Below, piece by piece: positions 39,241 to 52,840 of a stretch of DNA of 64,000 nt. The stretch lies in the NCBI GenBank assembly GCA_028534125.1, contig CM052817.1:81594001-81658000 (forward strand), given 5' to 3'. Under the pieces are notes generated by a model. That model had not been told where the DNA came from and ran no database searches. It was given only the letters and a program-made list of their open reading frames with translations. This stretch comes from Lama glama (Eukaryota). The position numbers were made by a program, and so were the translations under genes. Position 1 is the first letter of the stretch. Each line of letters opens with the position of its first letter.

Positions 39241-41006
39241 TTGGAAGGGCACAGGGAAATATATTTTAATCAAGTCATAAAATAGGTAGCTGATAGTCAC
39301 CAACCAATGAATGGAGAATTTCTTTATATATTAATATTGGAATTTATTTGAAAACATGCTTTTTATTTTGATAGATGATTATCAGCTCTTAGAAAATCTT
39401 TACAAGTGCATAAAATGAAAAATATTTCAAACTTTGTAAAACATGTGAAATTTTAAAAAACTGAAATAAATTTGATGCAAAAACTACAAAATAGCTTTTT
39501 ACTAATTGTGTATTGTATTTTATGCCTCGATTATAGGTTTAACAAAATAGTGAAGCAAATTAATAGGATTGTAATTTTCTAAAAGTTAATTTGCTGTACT
39601 GTTGTTTCAAACTTAATGAGTATACCCACCATCAACTTGAATACATTTTGTAAACATGTAAAAAAATTATGACCCATGTGTTTTGTCTGGGTAGAACAAC
39701 TAGTATTTATTCTATTGACTTGAGAAATTTGGATACTTCTTGCTTTCTCTTCTATTTAAATCAATCATTGAATTCATAAACATCACCTGTTTTACAGAAA
39801 ATACAAAATTATGGTAATGTATATATACTTCAAGTGTTACTATCTTTAAATGCCACTCCTTTGTATTCTTAACATTAGTCTGTATCTTTGAATTCATGAA
39901 TCTCACTTATATGGTAGAGTTCAAAAAGGAAAAAGTGCTGCAATAAAAACAGGAATAAAATTAGCTTCTAATAGCAGAACAGAATGGTCACTATTGCAAG
40001 AAAAAGTCCTCAAAGCCAGTTAGACCATGCCATTGCATTCAATATTTCAAAAATTTACCCTTAACAAAAAGAACATTTTATTCTTTTAATGTCTATACGC
40101 ACCCTGTAAATACTATCTTGCCTTTCCACTTGTAGATAAAGAAGTCTGTACAAAGACTAGGGATTTCTAATATAAAAACCTGAGAATCTGAAAATATAAG
40201 GGCTCCAGGCTTCCATTAACATGCTGGGAAGAGAAGCACAGACAAAGAGCAAAGCTCTGAGTTACTAAAATCAAACTACTTGTCTTTTCCTGGGTGATAT
40301 TTATCCCCAAATTTATTGAAGGGTCCCTCTTTTGAAAAACAATCAACTCACCATATTTTCATGAGCGTGTCTCTACCCCAAGTGCCACTGAACTTTTTTT
40401 TTTAACCTGAGAAAATAAAATAACTCTTATAGTTTTAAAATGCAAAAATATTTATTATTATGTTCAAAGCAGAATAAGGATTTCTTCCATGAATTACTTA
40501 CTTCATAAAAAAAATGAGCAGTGATTATATTTCTCCAAGGTTCACAAAGCCATCGCCATTGTGAGGCTTTGCGTTGGTGCCAAAACAAAGAGAAGAGCCG
40601 TATAATTTTCCTGTAATAATAAGCCCCTGGAAACCAGTCCATAAAATGGAAGCCAAAGCAGATTTCTTTTATTAGATCGCTAGATAACTGTGTAAGCTTC
40701 GGCATTTATAGTTATGGGAAATTTGCCTTATAAAATAAAGCAAGCTTAATGGCAGCAGCACAAAAATTTAGGTAATTATCTTGGTGAAAAGTATCATCTA
40801 TGTTTTATCGTTTATTCTTGGTATACAAATAAATATAAAATATTATCCCTTAATGTCTAGACATTTTCCCTCACTGACTGACTGTGTCTGTTCAGCTCAG
40901 ATGGTCTGCGCCACATCCACGCGGCTTTAAGTTTGCCTAGGAAGCACTGACTAAAATTTGTGTGAATTGTGATCTTAGAGAAATAAAAATGACCATGAAG
41001 CCTTTT

Positions 41007-41993
41007 CTTTTCTTTTTTTTCATTTCTAACTAAACATTTCCTTTCTCTTCTGACTAAACATTTCCTTTCTCTTCTTTTATTTATTTGTTTCTATTTATTT
41101 ATTTATTTAGATTGAAGCATTGTCAGTTTACAAGGTGTCAATTTCCGGTGTGCAGCATGCTACAGTGATGTATATATACATACATACACACATATATTTG
41201 TTTACATATTCTTTTTCATTATAGGTTACTATAAGATATTGAATATAACTAATAATTCAGTTTCTTACTTTTCTAGTATTAACTCTTAAAATCTTGCTAA
41301 TCAATCATTGAATGAGCATTTTCATAGAAATTGTATATATTGACCATTTACTATACAATATAAACTTGTTTATCTATTTTATATACAGTAGTTAGTATCT
41401 ACAAATCTCAAGCTCCCAATTTATCCCTTTCCACCTACTCCCCCAATATCATAAACTTGTTTTCTTCTGTGAGTTTGTTTCTGTTTTGCAAATAAGTTTG
41501 TCTTTTTTTTTAGATTCCACATATGAGTGATATCATATGATGATTTTCTTTATCTTTCTGCCTTACTTCACTTAGAATGACAATCTCCAGGTCCATTATG
41601 TTGCTGCAAATGGCATTATTTTATTTTTTTTATGGCTGAGTAGTATTCTGTTGTATAAATATACCATAGCTTCTTTATCCAGTCATCTGTCAATGGACAT
41701 TTAGGTTGTTTCTATGTCTTGGCTGTTGTCAATAGTGTTGCAATGAACACTGGGGTGCACGTATCCTTTTGAATTAATTTTCCCTCTGGATATATGCCCA
41801 GGAGTGAGTTTGCTGGATCATAGGATAAGTCTATTTTTAGTTTTTTGAGGAATCTCCATACTGTTTTCCATAATGGTTGCACCAGATTACATTCTCACCA
41901 GCAGTGTAGGAGGGTTCCTTTTTCCTCCACACTCTCTCTAGCATTTATCATTCATGAACTTTTTAATGATGGGCATTCTGACTGGTGTGAGGT
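41007..41993 (-). mobile_element. Young 5'-truncated L1 (camelid-type 3' end)
   Basis: L1 ORF2 end and 3' UTR in antisense (aggaatctccatactgttttccataatggttgcaccag; ttatccctttccacc; attgaagcattgtcagtttacaagg). TSD catgaag(c/g)(c/t)tttt at 40994-41006 and 41994-42006, with a TTTT/A endonuclease-type site. Confidence 0.9.
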
Positions 41994-44299
41994 CATGAAG
42001 GTTTTTATTGGTAGTCATTTTTATTTTTCAAATATTGTCAAACCTTAAATCCATAAAAAAAAAGCACCTAGTGCATAGCAATGTAGTGTGTGAGCACCTG
42101 ATGCCATTCCATCTTAAACAGTGAGAGGATGTTAAAGTGCCAAGCCTGATTTCATAATTAGACACAAAGAAATTCCTTCAGTTTTGGATTACACTGTTGT
42201 GGGGGGAAAAGTAAGAATAGTATGCAAGAGTCACTAAAGATTTTTGGCATCTTGAAAAATGTTTGATAAGTACCTTGTCATCTTTAAGGCCTTTTTAAGA
42301 CTTTCATTAATTGTATTAAACTCAAAGTTTTAAAATTATTTGTAGGTTTTCATTTAAAGTCCTTTCATGCAGATGTAGATAGGACAGATTCTCTACAAGA
42401 TAATTTCCTCAAAAAACTGAAAAAAAAAACAAACTGTTATATAATATTTGATACTACCTAGGTTTGAAATTTAGAGTCTCTATAACTCATTTGGAAATGG
42501 TCAATATATACAATTTTTATGAAAATGCTCATTCAATGATGGATTACCACGATTTTAGGAGTTAACACTAGAAAAATAAGAAACTGAATTGACTATAATT
42601 TCCTACTTAAAATAAAGCTTCAGTACTCAAAGGTCTTGCATTTAGGTAGCAAATCTGACACTTGGGTCTGCAATATTATTATTTTTAAATTTATGAGACT
42701 CTGAGCTACATTTTTTAATTTTGGGGCATCAGGTGTATGCCATAGCTAAATAATGCTGCTTGATTTTTGTACTAAACTATCATATTAACCCATTAAGCTA
42801 TAAAACCTAGGAATGACTATTTTTCAAATTCCAAATGTATCACTTATGAGTTTCAGGGTCTTGGATAAATTACTAAGCAATCTGTAAACTGGGGCTTGTT
42901 CACAGAGGGGCTGTGAGCACCACACCTAATAGCCTGACACCTAGTAGAATTTCAAAGACTTAATAGCAAAATAATTTTTTTAGCATACTTAACAGTTAAA
43001 AACTGGCACCAGAATTCTCTTTATGAAGGCACAGACTTCCTGAAGGAAATATTTGATGGTCCAACTAGATACTGAAAAACAGGTCCAAAGACAGAATATA
43101 AAAAGGAAGGGCACAATAAAGCAACTGCCAAGCTGCTATATAAAACAAAGCGAAAGAATTGGTTTAAGGAAGAAATAAAAGGGAACACAGAACTTTAAAG
43201 AAAAGATGGCCCTATATAGACTCAATATAATATTTATGAAAATATAGATATGTATGGCTGAAAATGGCTGAAGGATTGTTTAGGAATAGTGACTTGAATA
43301 TACAACTAATATATTTAACATGTTAAGTGTAGTATTTAATTCTAATTGATGCTTTTGAGCTGTAACTCCTTCCTTCTCCATAAGTCATCAGTAAACACTC
43401 CCATACATACATACACAATGACTTTGTGTAGGTGTCTACATCTCTGCCCTTAACCATGAGTCAAGAAGAGCAGTTGACTAGGCAATACATCTAGGGTGAC
43501 ATAATGTTGAACAAGGATAATTCTACAGACTGGTGCAAAAAACAAAAAAAAACAAACAAAACAAAAAAACACTGGAAGCTGAAAGTCAGCCCCAGGATTG
43601 GCTAGGAAATATTTGCTGGTAGGAGATGGATAATGAATAACACTGATCTCTTCATCTCCAAGTTCTCAACCAGTGGAGAAATAGATACAGATGTCAGACA
43701 GAAGGAAATTAAAATGCTGGTACTGCTTTATAAATTTGATAGCTGGATTAGCTGGACTGGGGAACTTACCTTGTCCTGGGGCCTGAACACTGCTTCCTAC
43801 TGCCTTCCCTTCTGCTCACAAGTGTGGGCCTCCCCCTTGCTGGGGCCATGCTTTCCTCTAGAAGCTTACCTTCTTGAGGGCAGAGAAAAGATGTGTCCCG
43901 AGTGCAGGACATTTTCAAAGGCAGAACCTAGATGGAGTCTTCCTTATCTGCTTAATTTCTTTTCCCTGGTTTCTTAAGATGAATGATTTCTCTCTGTTTA
44001 GGAAGAGAACAAAAGGTCTCTAGGAAGTTTTCTCATGGAAACATGTTGACGAGAGGACCAGGTCTGCCCTAATATTACCCAGATATGTGTTTTCTTAACC
44101 CATGGAACTTAACAATCAAGGCATACTCCGGGAGTACAGCTGTCCCACTCAAGGGGAAAAAACAGGCAGGCTCTCATTTTCAAGCACTTCTACTGTGTGA
44201 TTCCTCTTGGGTCTACAGGTAGGTGTTAGAGAAGGTACCTGTTCCCCACTTCTCATACTTTCCACTGTGCAGTTCCCACGATGCAGGAGATACAGGACA

Positions 44300-44880
44300 G
44301 GGAAATTTGTGGACTGTCTTCGCCAAGGAAGAATGAAAAGATCAGGGAGAAAACTGGGTATGAGTGACTCAATCCTTTCTTTCTCTTTCTTAAAGAAACC
44401 TGTACTCGCTCGGTAGTCATTCTCTGCTCATCCATGGTGATGTATTTTCCAGGTGGACCAGAAGTCTCCTGCTCCTCCATCTAGTTCCATTCTCCTCTTC
44501 CATTCAGCCTGGTGTCCACCCTGAGAGGGTGACTTGGATGGACTATATCAAGTGATCTTTTCTCCTCTGGCTTCTGGGTGGATGTGGCTAATGGGGAGTC
44601 ATGGTAGAAGACTGAATAGAGGAGAATATTGAGTTCAAGTTGTTTACCCCTCTGTCTTCTGCAGGATTGCCCATCTCCTTTCATGCTAATTCTCTCTCTA
44701 CGACTCTCTTTTTCTGACTTTCAAAACTTCTTTGTGCCTACAGCTAGAAATAGCTCTGCTGTTGGCCAGCCCACAGGTTTTCAGCATTTCTATGCCTTGA
44801 CAACAAGTTTCTAAATAGTTCCTATATTTGACTTTATTTAAATGACACTATTATCCTCCTGAGACCATGGCTGCTACCCA
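44300..44880 (+). mobile_element. Old ERVL-type LTR (LTR33/LTR16-like)
   Basis: ggactatatcaagtgatc...ctggcttctgggtggatgtggctaatggggag...gaagactgaatagaggag and taaatagttcctatattt. Confidence 0.5.
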
Positions 44881-46139
44881 GAACAGAGATTTGGAGGAGG
44901 TAGGTTTAATTTAGAGAAATATTCAAAGCCTGGTTTTGGCTCTAATTCCAGCCTTATAATTTAATTTAATCTGGTCAAAATAAAGTTGACATCAGATCTC
45001 CATTTCATTTACACCAATGTCTAATTTCAGAGTTAGATCAGAGCTCAAAAGGAGAAGAGGGGAATGTCGGTTTTATATCCCTATAATATGCCAGTGTATT
45101 GATGCACGGCCAGTATCCTTGAAGAATGGAGAAGTCTAGGTATTCCTGGCCCAGAAGAATACGTGGCGCGTGCCTGTTTGTGGCCAGCGTGGGAGCTTCC
45201 ACTTCCCAGAAGGTAAGAGTCAGTCTTGAGTGCTTCGGTTAGTGTGGTCTTGGCTATATTTTCCCTTTGGCAGTTTGCTATAGCTTATATTGAGCTTCTG
45301 CAGCTGAACATATTTTTTTTTTAAAACTGGCACGATCTTCAGTAAGACACCTGGCCTTAGTATGTAGACTGCTGTGGTTAACTGCTGTGGAACAACCTAG
45401 AGATATAGGTGGCCAGGAAAAGGTATAGATCACAGGAAAGTCTCTATTCAAAATGCGATGCTTTAGCATGCAGAGTATTTGGGCAGTGGTGGGTAAGATA
45501 CATTTTTTGTCTTCCCTGCAGAATGTTTTTCAGTTCTTCAGCTGTCCAGGTCTCTACAGATCAAAAGGCAGTCTTCAGTGTAGAATGCTGAAAATTATTT
45601 GAGTATTGAATATTATTAAGAACTGGCCTTTATGCCAAGTGACAGGCACTAGAGAGTGGGATGAGATTAACTGACACATACTTCCCCATCTTCCTTGGAA
45701 CTGCATAAAGCTCAAGGGCAGAGAGGATCTGGATTCCTTTGGTCCTGTGACCTGTCCTCGGGCTGATGGTCACCTTCCTCTTCACTTGCCCACAACCTAG
45801 GTTCACACGTTTACTCTGATTTATTAATAATATAATCTACGACCATCATTTTGGATTTGGGAGATTCTAATTATGGCTTCACTCACAAAAAAATGGATGA
45901 ACAAATAAGAAGGAATAAAAAAACCTTACTAAATAGGAAATGTTCCATTTTCTTGGAAAGTATCATTAACCCAAGGCCTTTTTGGCTAAGCCTACAAGAG
46001 GCTGGAGGCTGCAGGAACCAGTTTGTTCAAAGCAGATTTAAACTGGCTTTGAGCAGTATGCTTTGGTTTATTGTCAGCATAAGAGAAAGAGAAAAGAAAG
46101 AAAAAGAAAGACAAACAAGATAATTCCATTGGAAGGATC

Positions 46140-46620
46140 ATTTTATTTATTAAGCACATACCAGGCTCTGGACCGACAGTGACTAATGAGATAGGTCCTC
46201 TCCTTATGGGCTTAATATTCTAGTGATAGAAACAGGTAACATATATATATATTAAATTCAATTAAAATGCATATTAATAACAATACCTGAAATTGACACA
46301 CTTATAAGGAGGAATAAAGCAAGAGAAGGAGAAAAGGAGCTGGGAAGCCCTGTGCTATTTTAGTACAAGATAATCTATGAAAAAGAAGCCCCTCTGGGAA
46401 GGAGGAATTTGAAGAGGAACTTATATGAAGCAAGAAAACCAGGTATACAAATATCACTAAGGATATATTTCAGGTAACAGGAACAGCATGTGCAAAGATC
46501 CTGAGACAGGAATAAATTGAGCTTGACCAAGGTACCAAAAAGGATGTATGAATCAGCCAATGAATATGTGGAGGAATGGTAGGAGATGAGGCTAAAGACA
46601 CAGTCAAATAAGGCTTTTCT
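46140..46620 (-). mobile_element. L2 3' region
   Basis: tatttattaagcacataccaggctctg, cttatgggcttaatattctagtg, ggaacagcatgtgcaaagatcctgagacaggaat. Confidence 0.7.
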
Positions 46621-48979
46621 AGATAGTTTAATCTCTGCCCTGGCTGCATCTGTCCTGTCCAAGTCTGCTGTTGGGGGAAGATGCTAAGGTCTGCCACCTC
46701 AGGCAGTCCTGTTATTGATCAGCCCCTGACTGTATTACCAGTCACAGTGTAAGTAGCTATAAGACAAGAAGGTCAAAGATGTCAAAGACCCACTCTCACT
46801 AAAGCCCCAAAACATTCTATTTTGGTCCCACCTGAAAATTCAGCCCTCAGCATGTCCTTACAGTGTCCCAATGATGCGCTCAGATTTCTCAACATTTCCT
46901 GGTCTATGCACTAATGATAGGAATAAATATAACTCATGTCTTCCTCTCTGACTTCTGACTCAGTGGAAAATTGGTACTGGAGTCAGATTATTGAAGAGCA
47001 ATCTACCTGCTTTGTGGCTAAAAGAAGCTGAATTAAAGAGAAATCCACTTGACCTGTGGCCACAATCAGTTTTCCTAAGACACTGCCCCTTTAAATTTAC
47101 CAGCCTGGGGCTGTAGGCCAGCCTCCTGCTGGGGCAAAGCCATCCCTAGTGAGCTTAGAGCATAGAGAAACAAGAAACGGGAATTTCTTATGACAGGTCC
47201 TTTGGAAGGGAGACCCCAGGAGAGGCGGAGGCGTCCCTAGTCCCCCAGATCCCTTTAAATATCCACCTTCTTCTCTATTGGGAAGGAGGATGTGAGCGAA
47301 GGGTGGAGGTGGGCTAGAAACTGCGCACTCAGAAATCTGCTATGGAAATCTAAGGACATGGGAGCTGAGTCCCCTTAATAACTATCCACTATCCAATGGA
47401 CTCCCAATCCTCCAGAATCCCAGAAAAGAATTTGGGGGTGTGGTATGAGGCTCTCTGACTGAAGGATGTTCACATCAGTTACATTTCTTTCCCAAAGGAA
47501 AGTGCACCTAAGCCAGTATTTGCACTATGTTTGTAAAGTCATATTTTCCTTTTATAGAAGCATTGGTTAGTTTTGGCCAGAGTAGATCAAATTACCTTGG
47601 ACAATTAAAATTGTAAACCTAAATTAAGGATAGGACCATAATTACATCTCTCGCATACTTCATTATCACTGGGTATCTATTTGTTTGAAAAGAAAGCAAT
47701 CTGTCATTTTAGATCACAGTCATCTACCATAAGCAATAATCCCTAATGGACTCAAGAAGCACTTACTGTTGAAAATAATTGTTCGATGGAATGATGGTTG
47801 AATACCAGAAGATCCCCACTCCACCCTCAGACAGCAGTCTTTTTACCATTAACATTGTCTCCACATGTTTTAAACAGCAGGCCATTACCTGTTATAGCAA
47901 AATACAGCCTCGCAGCCTCACAGCCTCTACCATGGGCAGTTATTTTACATATGACACCCATTAACTAAGGGAAGGAAACATTTAAACATGGAAGAAAATA
48001 AACTTCTAAATGCAAAATTATCAATGTCTATTTACACGTGTATGTAGATGAAACTGTAGCAACTTGGGGCCTTATCATTTTAAATATTCCGAAATTGCAA
48101 ATCTATATTTAAAAACAGTCCCCTCCCATCAGATAAAATTTCCTCTGAGACTGTCCTAAATTAGAACAGAAGCAGATGTAATGGGATAGATCTCATCTCT
48201 AAAGCTGCTGACGGTGGAAATTAATCTCAAAGATTTCTTCCTGACTCACTTTATGTGAACACGCATATAATCACCTGTCATCAAATGTGCACACAGTCAC
48301 TGCGGTCCCTAGCGCATGAGGTGCCTGTCACCGAACAGAGTCATCCCCAGCATCTGTGACACGGCAAACCTTCACCTGGAAAGCCACGTGCACGGCAGCT
48401 TCAGAGAGGGTGTGAGCGCCTCCAAGGAACTGCTAGCCGCCTCTTCTACTTGCCCTCGACGTACCCCCGATCCACTGAAACAGCTCATGGCGTAGCTGGA
48501 GTGGAATTGTCATTAAGAATTACAGATGATTTTCCCCCTTTCAAGGCAAACCTGGGCAACTGAATTTTAGAGGAAATGAGCAGTGAGAGAAAGTGTACGG
48601 CAAGCTGATGAGATGCCTGTGAGCCCTGTGCTTCCCAGAATGCAGCTGCCTCCTCCCTTTTCCGAGCACCCAACACACACACAAAGGTTCGGTTTCCAAG
48701 GAATGGCCCTATCTCTGGCATCTATGCTTCTGTTTTAATTGCACATAATTTTGTGTGGACACTTAGTCTTTATAATCAGTGATAGAGATGACTGCTAATG
48801 AGGCAAAACTCAAGTAAAAGCCCCAGGTAATACACACTGTACAACAAACAGATTCTGCTTGCAACAGCTGCCTCATTTCCTTCCATTCAAATTGTTCATT
48901 GTGAGGAGGGGCTATTGGATATGGTGTGTGCAAAATGTGTTCATTTACCAAACTCTGCCTTCTTGATCCTTTTTTTTTC

Positions 48980-49720
48980 AATTTGTTTTAAACAAAAGAT
49001 GTCAAACATACTGAAAATAATAAGATAATGAATGCCTATTTAATCTTGCTCTCCTAACTTAGGCAGTCGACATTTTGCCATATGTTTTTGCAATGGGTTT
49101 TGAAATAAGATTCTGCAGATAAAAGTTGAATCCCTCTTTGTGCCCTTCATTGATCCTCCCTCTCTTCCAAGATGTGTCTTTGCCCCCATGCTGGTATGAT
49201 TCCTGTTCATATTTGCATGATATGCGTCAGGTATTCACAAACTGGAAATAACATTGCATTTTTCCTTAAAATTTCATAATTTTATTACACTGTATATTTT
49301 GCAATTTGTTTTTTATATTTAACACTACTTTTAAAAAATGTATTCTTATTGATTGATGTTACTTTAATTTTTTTTTATTTTAACTGCTATATAATATCCC
49401 ATCATAGGCATTTAATATAGTTTATTTGTCAATTTTCTTAATTGCTCTCTGAAGTGGTTGTACCAGTTTTCACTCCCACCAAACAGTGTGCTAATTTGCC
49501 TGAGAAGTTGTATTCTCAGACACTGTAAGTTTGTTTGGGAATAAAATGCAATTTCACTGCATGACTCCAGCCACCAGTGGAATTGAGTAGTTTCACGTTT
49601 ATTAGCTGTTCTCCAAATTGTCTGTCCATATCATTTGTCTGTTTTTCTGTCAAATTATTTGCCATTTTTCATTGGTTTGTAGAATTCTTCACATATTCTG
49701 TATCCTATCCGTTTGTTCAC
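48980..49720 (-). mobile_element. Ancient L1ME 3' fragment
   Basis: ttaactgctatataatatcccatc, aagtggttgtaccagttttcactcccaccaaacagtgt, tgtccatatcatttgtctgttttt. Confidence 0.6.
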
Positions 49721-49825
49721 TTTTGTCCCAGGGACCATTGGTAGGGCACATATGTGAATTAATCCAAGTGAGAATGACGTTCACTGAGCCCCACAAACTA
49801 AAGTAAAACATCCTTTAAACTAAAA

Positions 49826-50163
49826 ACAGACACAAATGAACTTATTTACAAAGCAGAAACAGACTCACACACATAGAGATCAAACTTGTGGTCACCAGTG
49901 GGTAAAGGGGGTGGGAAGGGATGAATTGGGAGTTCGAGATTTGCAGATACTAACTACTGTATATAAAATAGATAAACGACAAGTTTTTTCTGCATGGCAC
50001 AAGGAACTATATTCAATATCTTGTAGTAACCTATAACGAAAAAGAATATGAAAAGGAATATATGTATGTATGTATATGTATGACTGAAGCATTAAGCTCC
50101 ACACCAGAAATTGACACATTGTAAATTGACTGTACTTCAATAAAAAAAAAAAGTAAAGAATAA
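49826..50163 (+). mobile_element. Young short L1 3' UTR fragment with poly(A)
   Basis: cacaaatgaacttatttacaaagcagaaacagactcac ... gaaattgacacattgtaaattgactgtacttcaataaaaaaaaaaa. Exact 16-bp TSD atcctttaaactaaaa at 49810-49825 and 50164-50179. Confidence 0.92.
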
Positions 50164-50541
50164 ATCCTTTAAACTAAAAGGTAAGGTCTTGGTGAATCTA
50201 AACCAAAATCTACCCTTTCCCTTACATACAGTAGCATATTCTCCACTTTGTTTTCTAAGTTCTGGTTTTTCACAAAATGACTGTTTCTGACAAAATCATT
50301 TTTATGTTGATCAGGCAAAACCTGAAGTGTTAGCTTATTTCCACAATTACAAATTGTACTGTAAGTGAAAAAATGACAGAACAACTCTGTCTTCCAAGTT
50401 CAAGTGAACATTCAGATCTCTAAAATAGGAATTGTGGTAAAAATTTGATACACATTCAAGGCACAAGTTATATGTGTGTATATGATTTAGATTTTTTTTT
50501 ACTGATCTATAGTAAACCAGTAAACTGTCTTCTCCTGTATT

Positions 50542-50689
50542 CAGAAATTGCTACATAATCTGCAGGGCTAAGTGCAAAATGAAAATATTCAAAATCAATG
50601 AGAATTTCAACACAGAGAGAGCAGAGCAGTAAACCAAGCGCTGAGCCCTGTGTGGCTGCACAGGCCATGTGAACTTGAACCTGACTCCG
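50542..50689 (-). mobile_element. MER45A-like hAT-Tip100 MITE
   Basis: gctacataatctgcagggctaagtgcaaaatgaaaat...gaatttcaa...gcagagcagtaaaccaagcg...ccctgtgtggctgcacagg is the reverse complement of the recalled MER45A consensus. Confidence 0.8.
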
Positions 50690-52539
50690 CCTACACTAAT
50701 GTTCAGTTTACATGTTCTGGACCCTTATCACACTGCATCTATTATTTTATGTTAAACATATTTTTCTTTATTACACAATTGCTTTTGTATGTTAAGAATG
50801 CCAAACTCAGTCTTTTACTTAGAAAATTATTTTCAACGATACTTAGATAAACTGAAGAATTGATAAAATGGAAACATTATTTTGAGGGTACTTATGACTG
50901 GGAAAATAAAAACTGAAATGAAAATCATAAATGCTGATATTTATCAACTTAGTATTTATAAAATAGTAACTTTGTGATGACGATAGTGAGATAGTTTTGA
51001 TAAAACGCGTCTGAATTCTCTGGCGTGAGATGAGTAATTAAGCTTCAAGAGAACACTAGCCACACCACATTCCCGAGGACAACCAGCAAAACCTGCTTAA
51101 CTAAGGTAAGAGAGAGACAGTGGCCTGAGACAGACTCACAAAGCAGCGATGGTGATTTTCGTTGAGGACGGCTACAGAGAATGGGGGAAAGCGAGACCAG
51201 GCAGATAGACAACCGGACACAGTTACTGTCATACCTTCTATGTGTCAGACCATGAAAGTGGGAATACAGCTGAGAACAGGCGAAAGATTGATTTCTTATT
51301 CAGCTAAGAATAGATGTCTCTGTAGCTTAAACAGTGTCAGAATACAGACAGAGGAAATAGGTATATTTTGTAATACTTGACCCTTTTTTCTTCCCATAAA
51401 AGAAAAAAATAAAAGAGGTCCAATTAGTTAATGAGGCACCACACAGGCAAGTAGGGTTAAGCACAGAGTAATTTAGAATTTGCTGAAGGTTGAAGAGCTA
51501 AGCTGTTAGTCAAACCCTCTGTTACAAGGACTGGAACTAATTCCAAATTTCCTTAAATGCTGCCTGAAATCAGGCATATGCAATGTTCTTTGTAAAGTTT
51601 CCACTTGAAAACTGGTAAGGGTGTTAAGATAAAGTAAAGCATTATTTGTAAATATCCTGTTTATCTTTTTATTTCTAAATAGCTAATGATCTTTCACTTT
51701 AGATATTTAATTTGCTTTTTAATTGTAAGCATTTTGAATAGAATCACTTTTAAAAAGTGCAGCAAACTACCTAACTTCTTAAATGGAATATTGGCATAAT
51801 GTACGTAATTTAGCAGATGTCTTCACTGCAAGGGTGCTGGACTATGGGACACTGTGCTTACATGAGTCACCCAAATGTGAGGATGTGGCAGGAAGGTTGT
51901 CATCCCCTGATCTGTGACGTGACTTTGGTTAATCTGACAAAGATAAGCTCTTTCTCTGTCATTTCTTCACGCTAGTCCCTTGGTTGTAAAGAATGATACT
52001 ACCACGTGAAAATGGCAGAGACGGTTTTCTAGTTCTTTGGATTCATCTACCTGATTACCTGTTTTTTTCTATTTCCTTATCATTGTTCATTTGTCATACA
52101 TCACTTCCTTCTATTGCTTGTTTGTCAGTAGTAAACTATTTCCCCACTTCAGTTTTCAGCATTGATATTTTTCCCCTTAGAAATCAGGTATCTATATTTT
52201 TAAACTGCTAGAGCAAAAGAAAATAGATTGTAGGTGAAAATCTGAGGGCTCCTTTTGTGAAGAAACACATACAATTTGATGTTTTGTAGTTCTCAAACTA
52301 TTTTCTATTCATTTTAATTTTTAATAACATGCTTCTTTTTAATTCAAAATACCTCAGTGATTTTTACGTTCTGAACGATGCAATTAAGACAACTGAAACA
52401 TTTGGAATTCTCTTTTGTTTTGAGCAGAAAAACAAAATGCAGTATAGATTTAACCATGTTACTAGAATTCAGAAAAAATGAGTATTTCAATCACTTGCAG
52501 ATTAAATAGTTTCTATATTAAAATGGCATTAGATGGTTT

Positions 52540-52840
52540 ATATATTTTAACAATTTACATATTATTAACTGCCATAATATATTAAAATATATACATTTTT
52601 ATATATGTTTTATTATATTACATATTATGTATCATATAACATATATCAAATAGTTCATACTATAAATTATAAAAAGCTTATATGGCAACTAGCTCACATA
52701 TTTATATATAAATTGTTTATATGTTATAGTATGCATTTATCATATATTTAATATGATTATAACATAATTATTTATTATATATCATAGTTTACACATCACA
52801 ATTACATAACTTTTATATTATGGTACATGATTATATATTA
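52540..52840. repeat. AT-rich low-complexity (TA-derived) tract
   Basis: About 300 bp of near-continuous tata/atat words. Confidence 0.85.
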
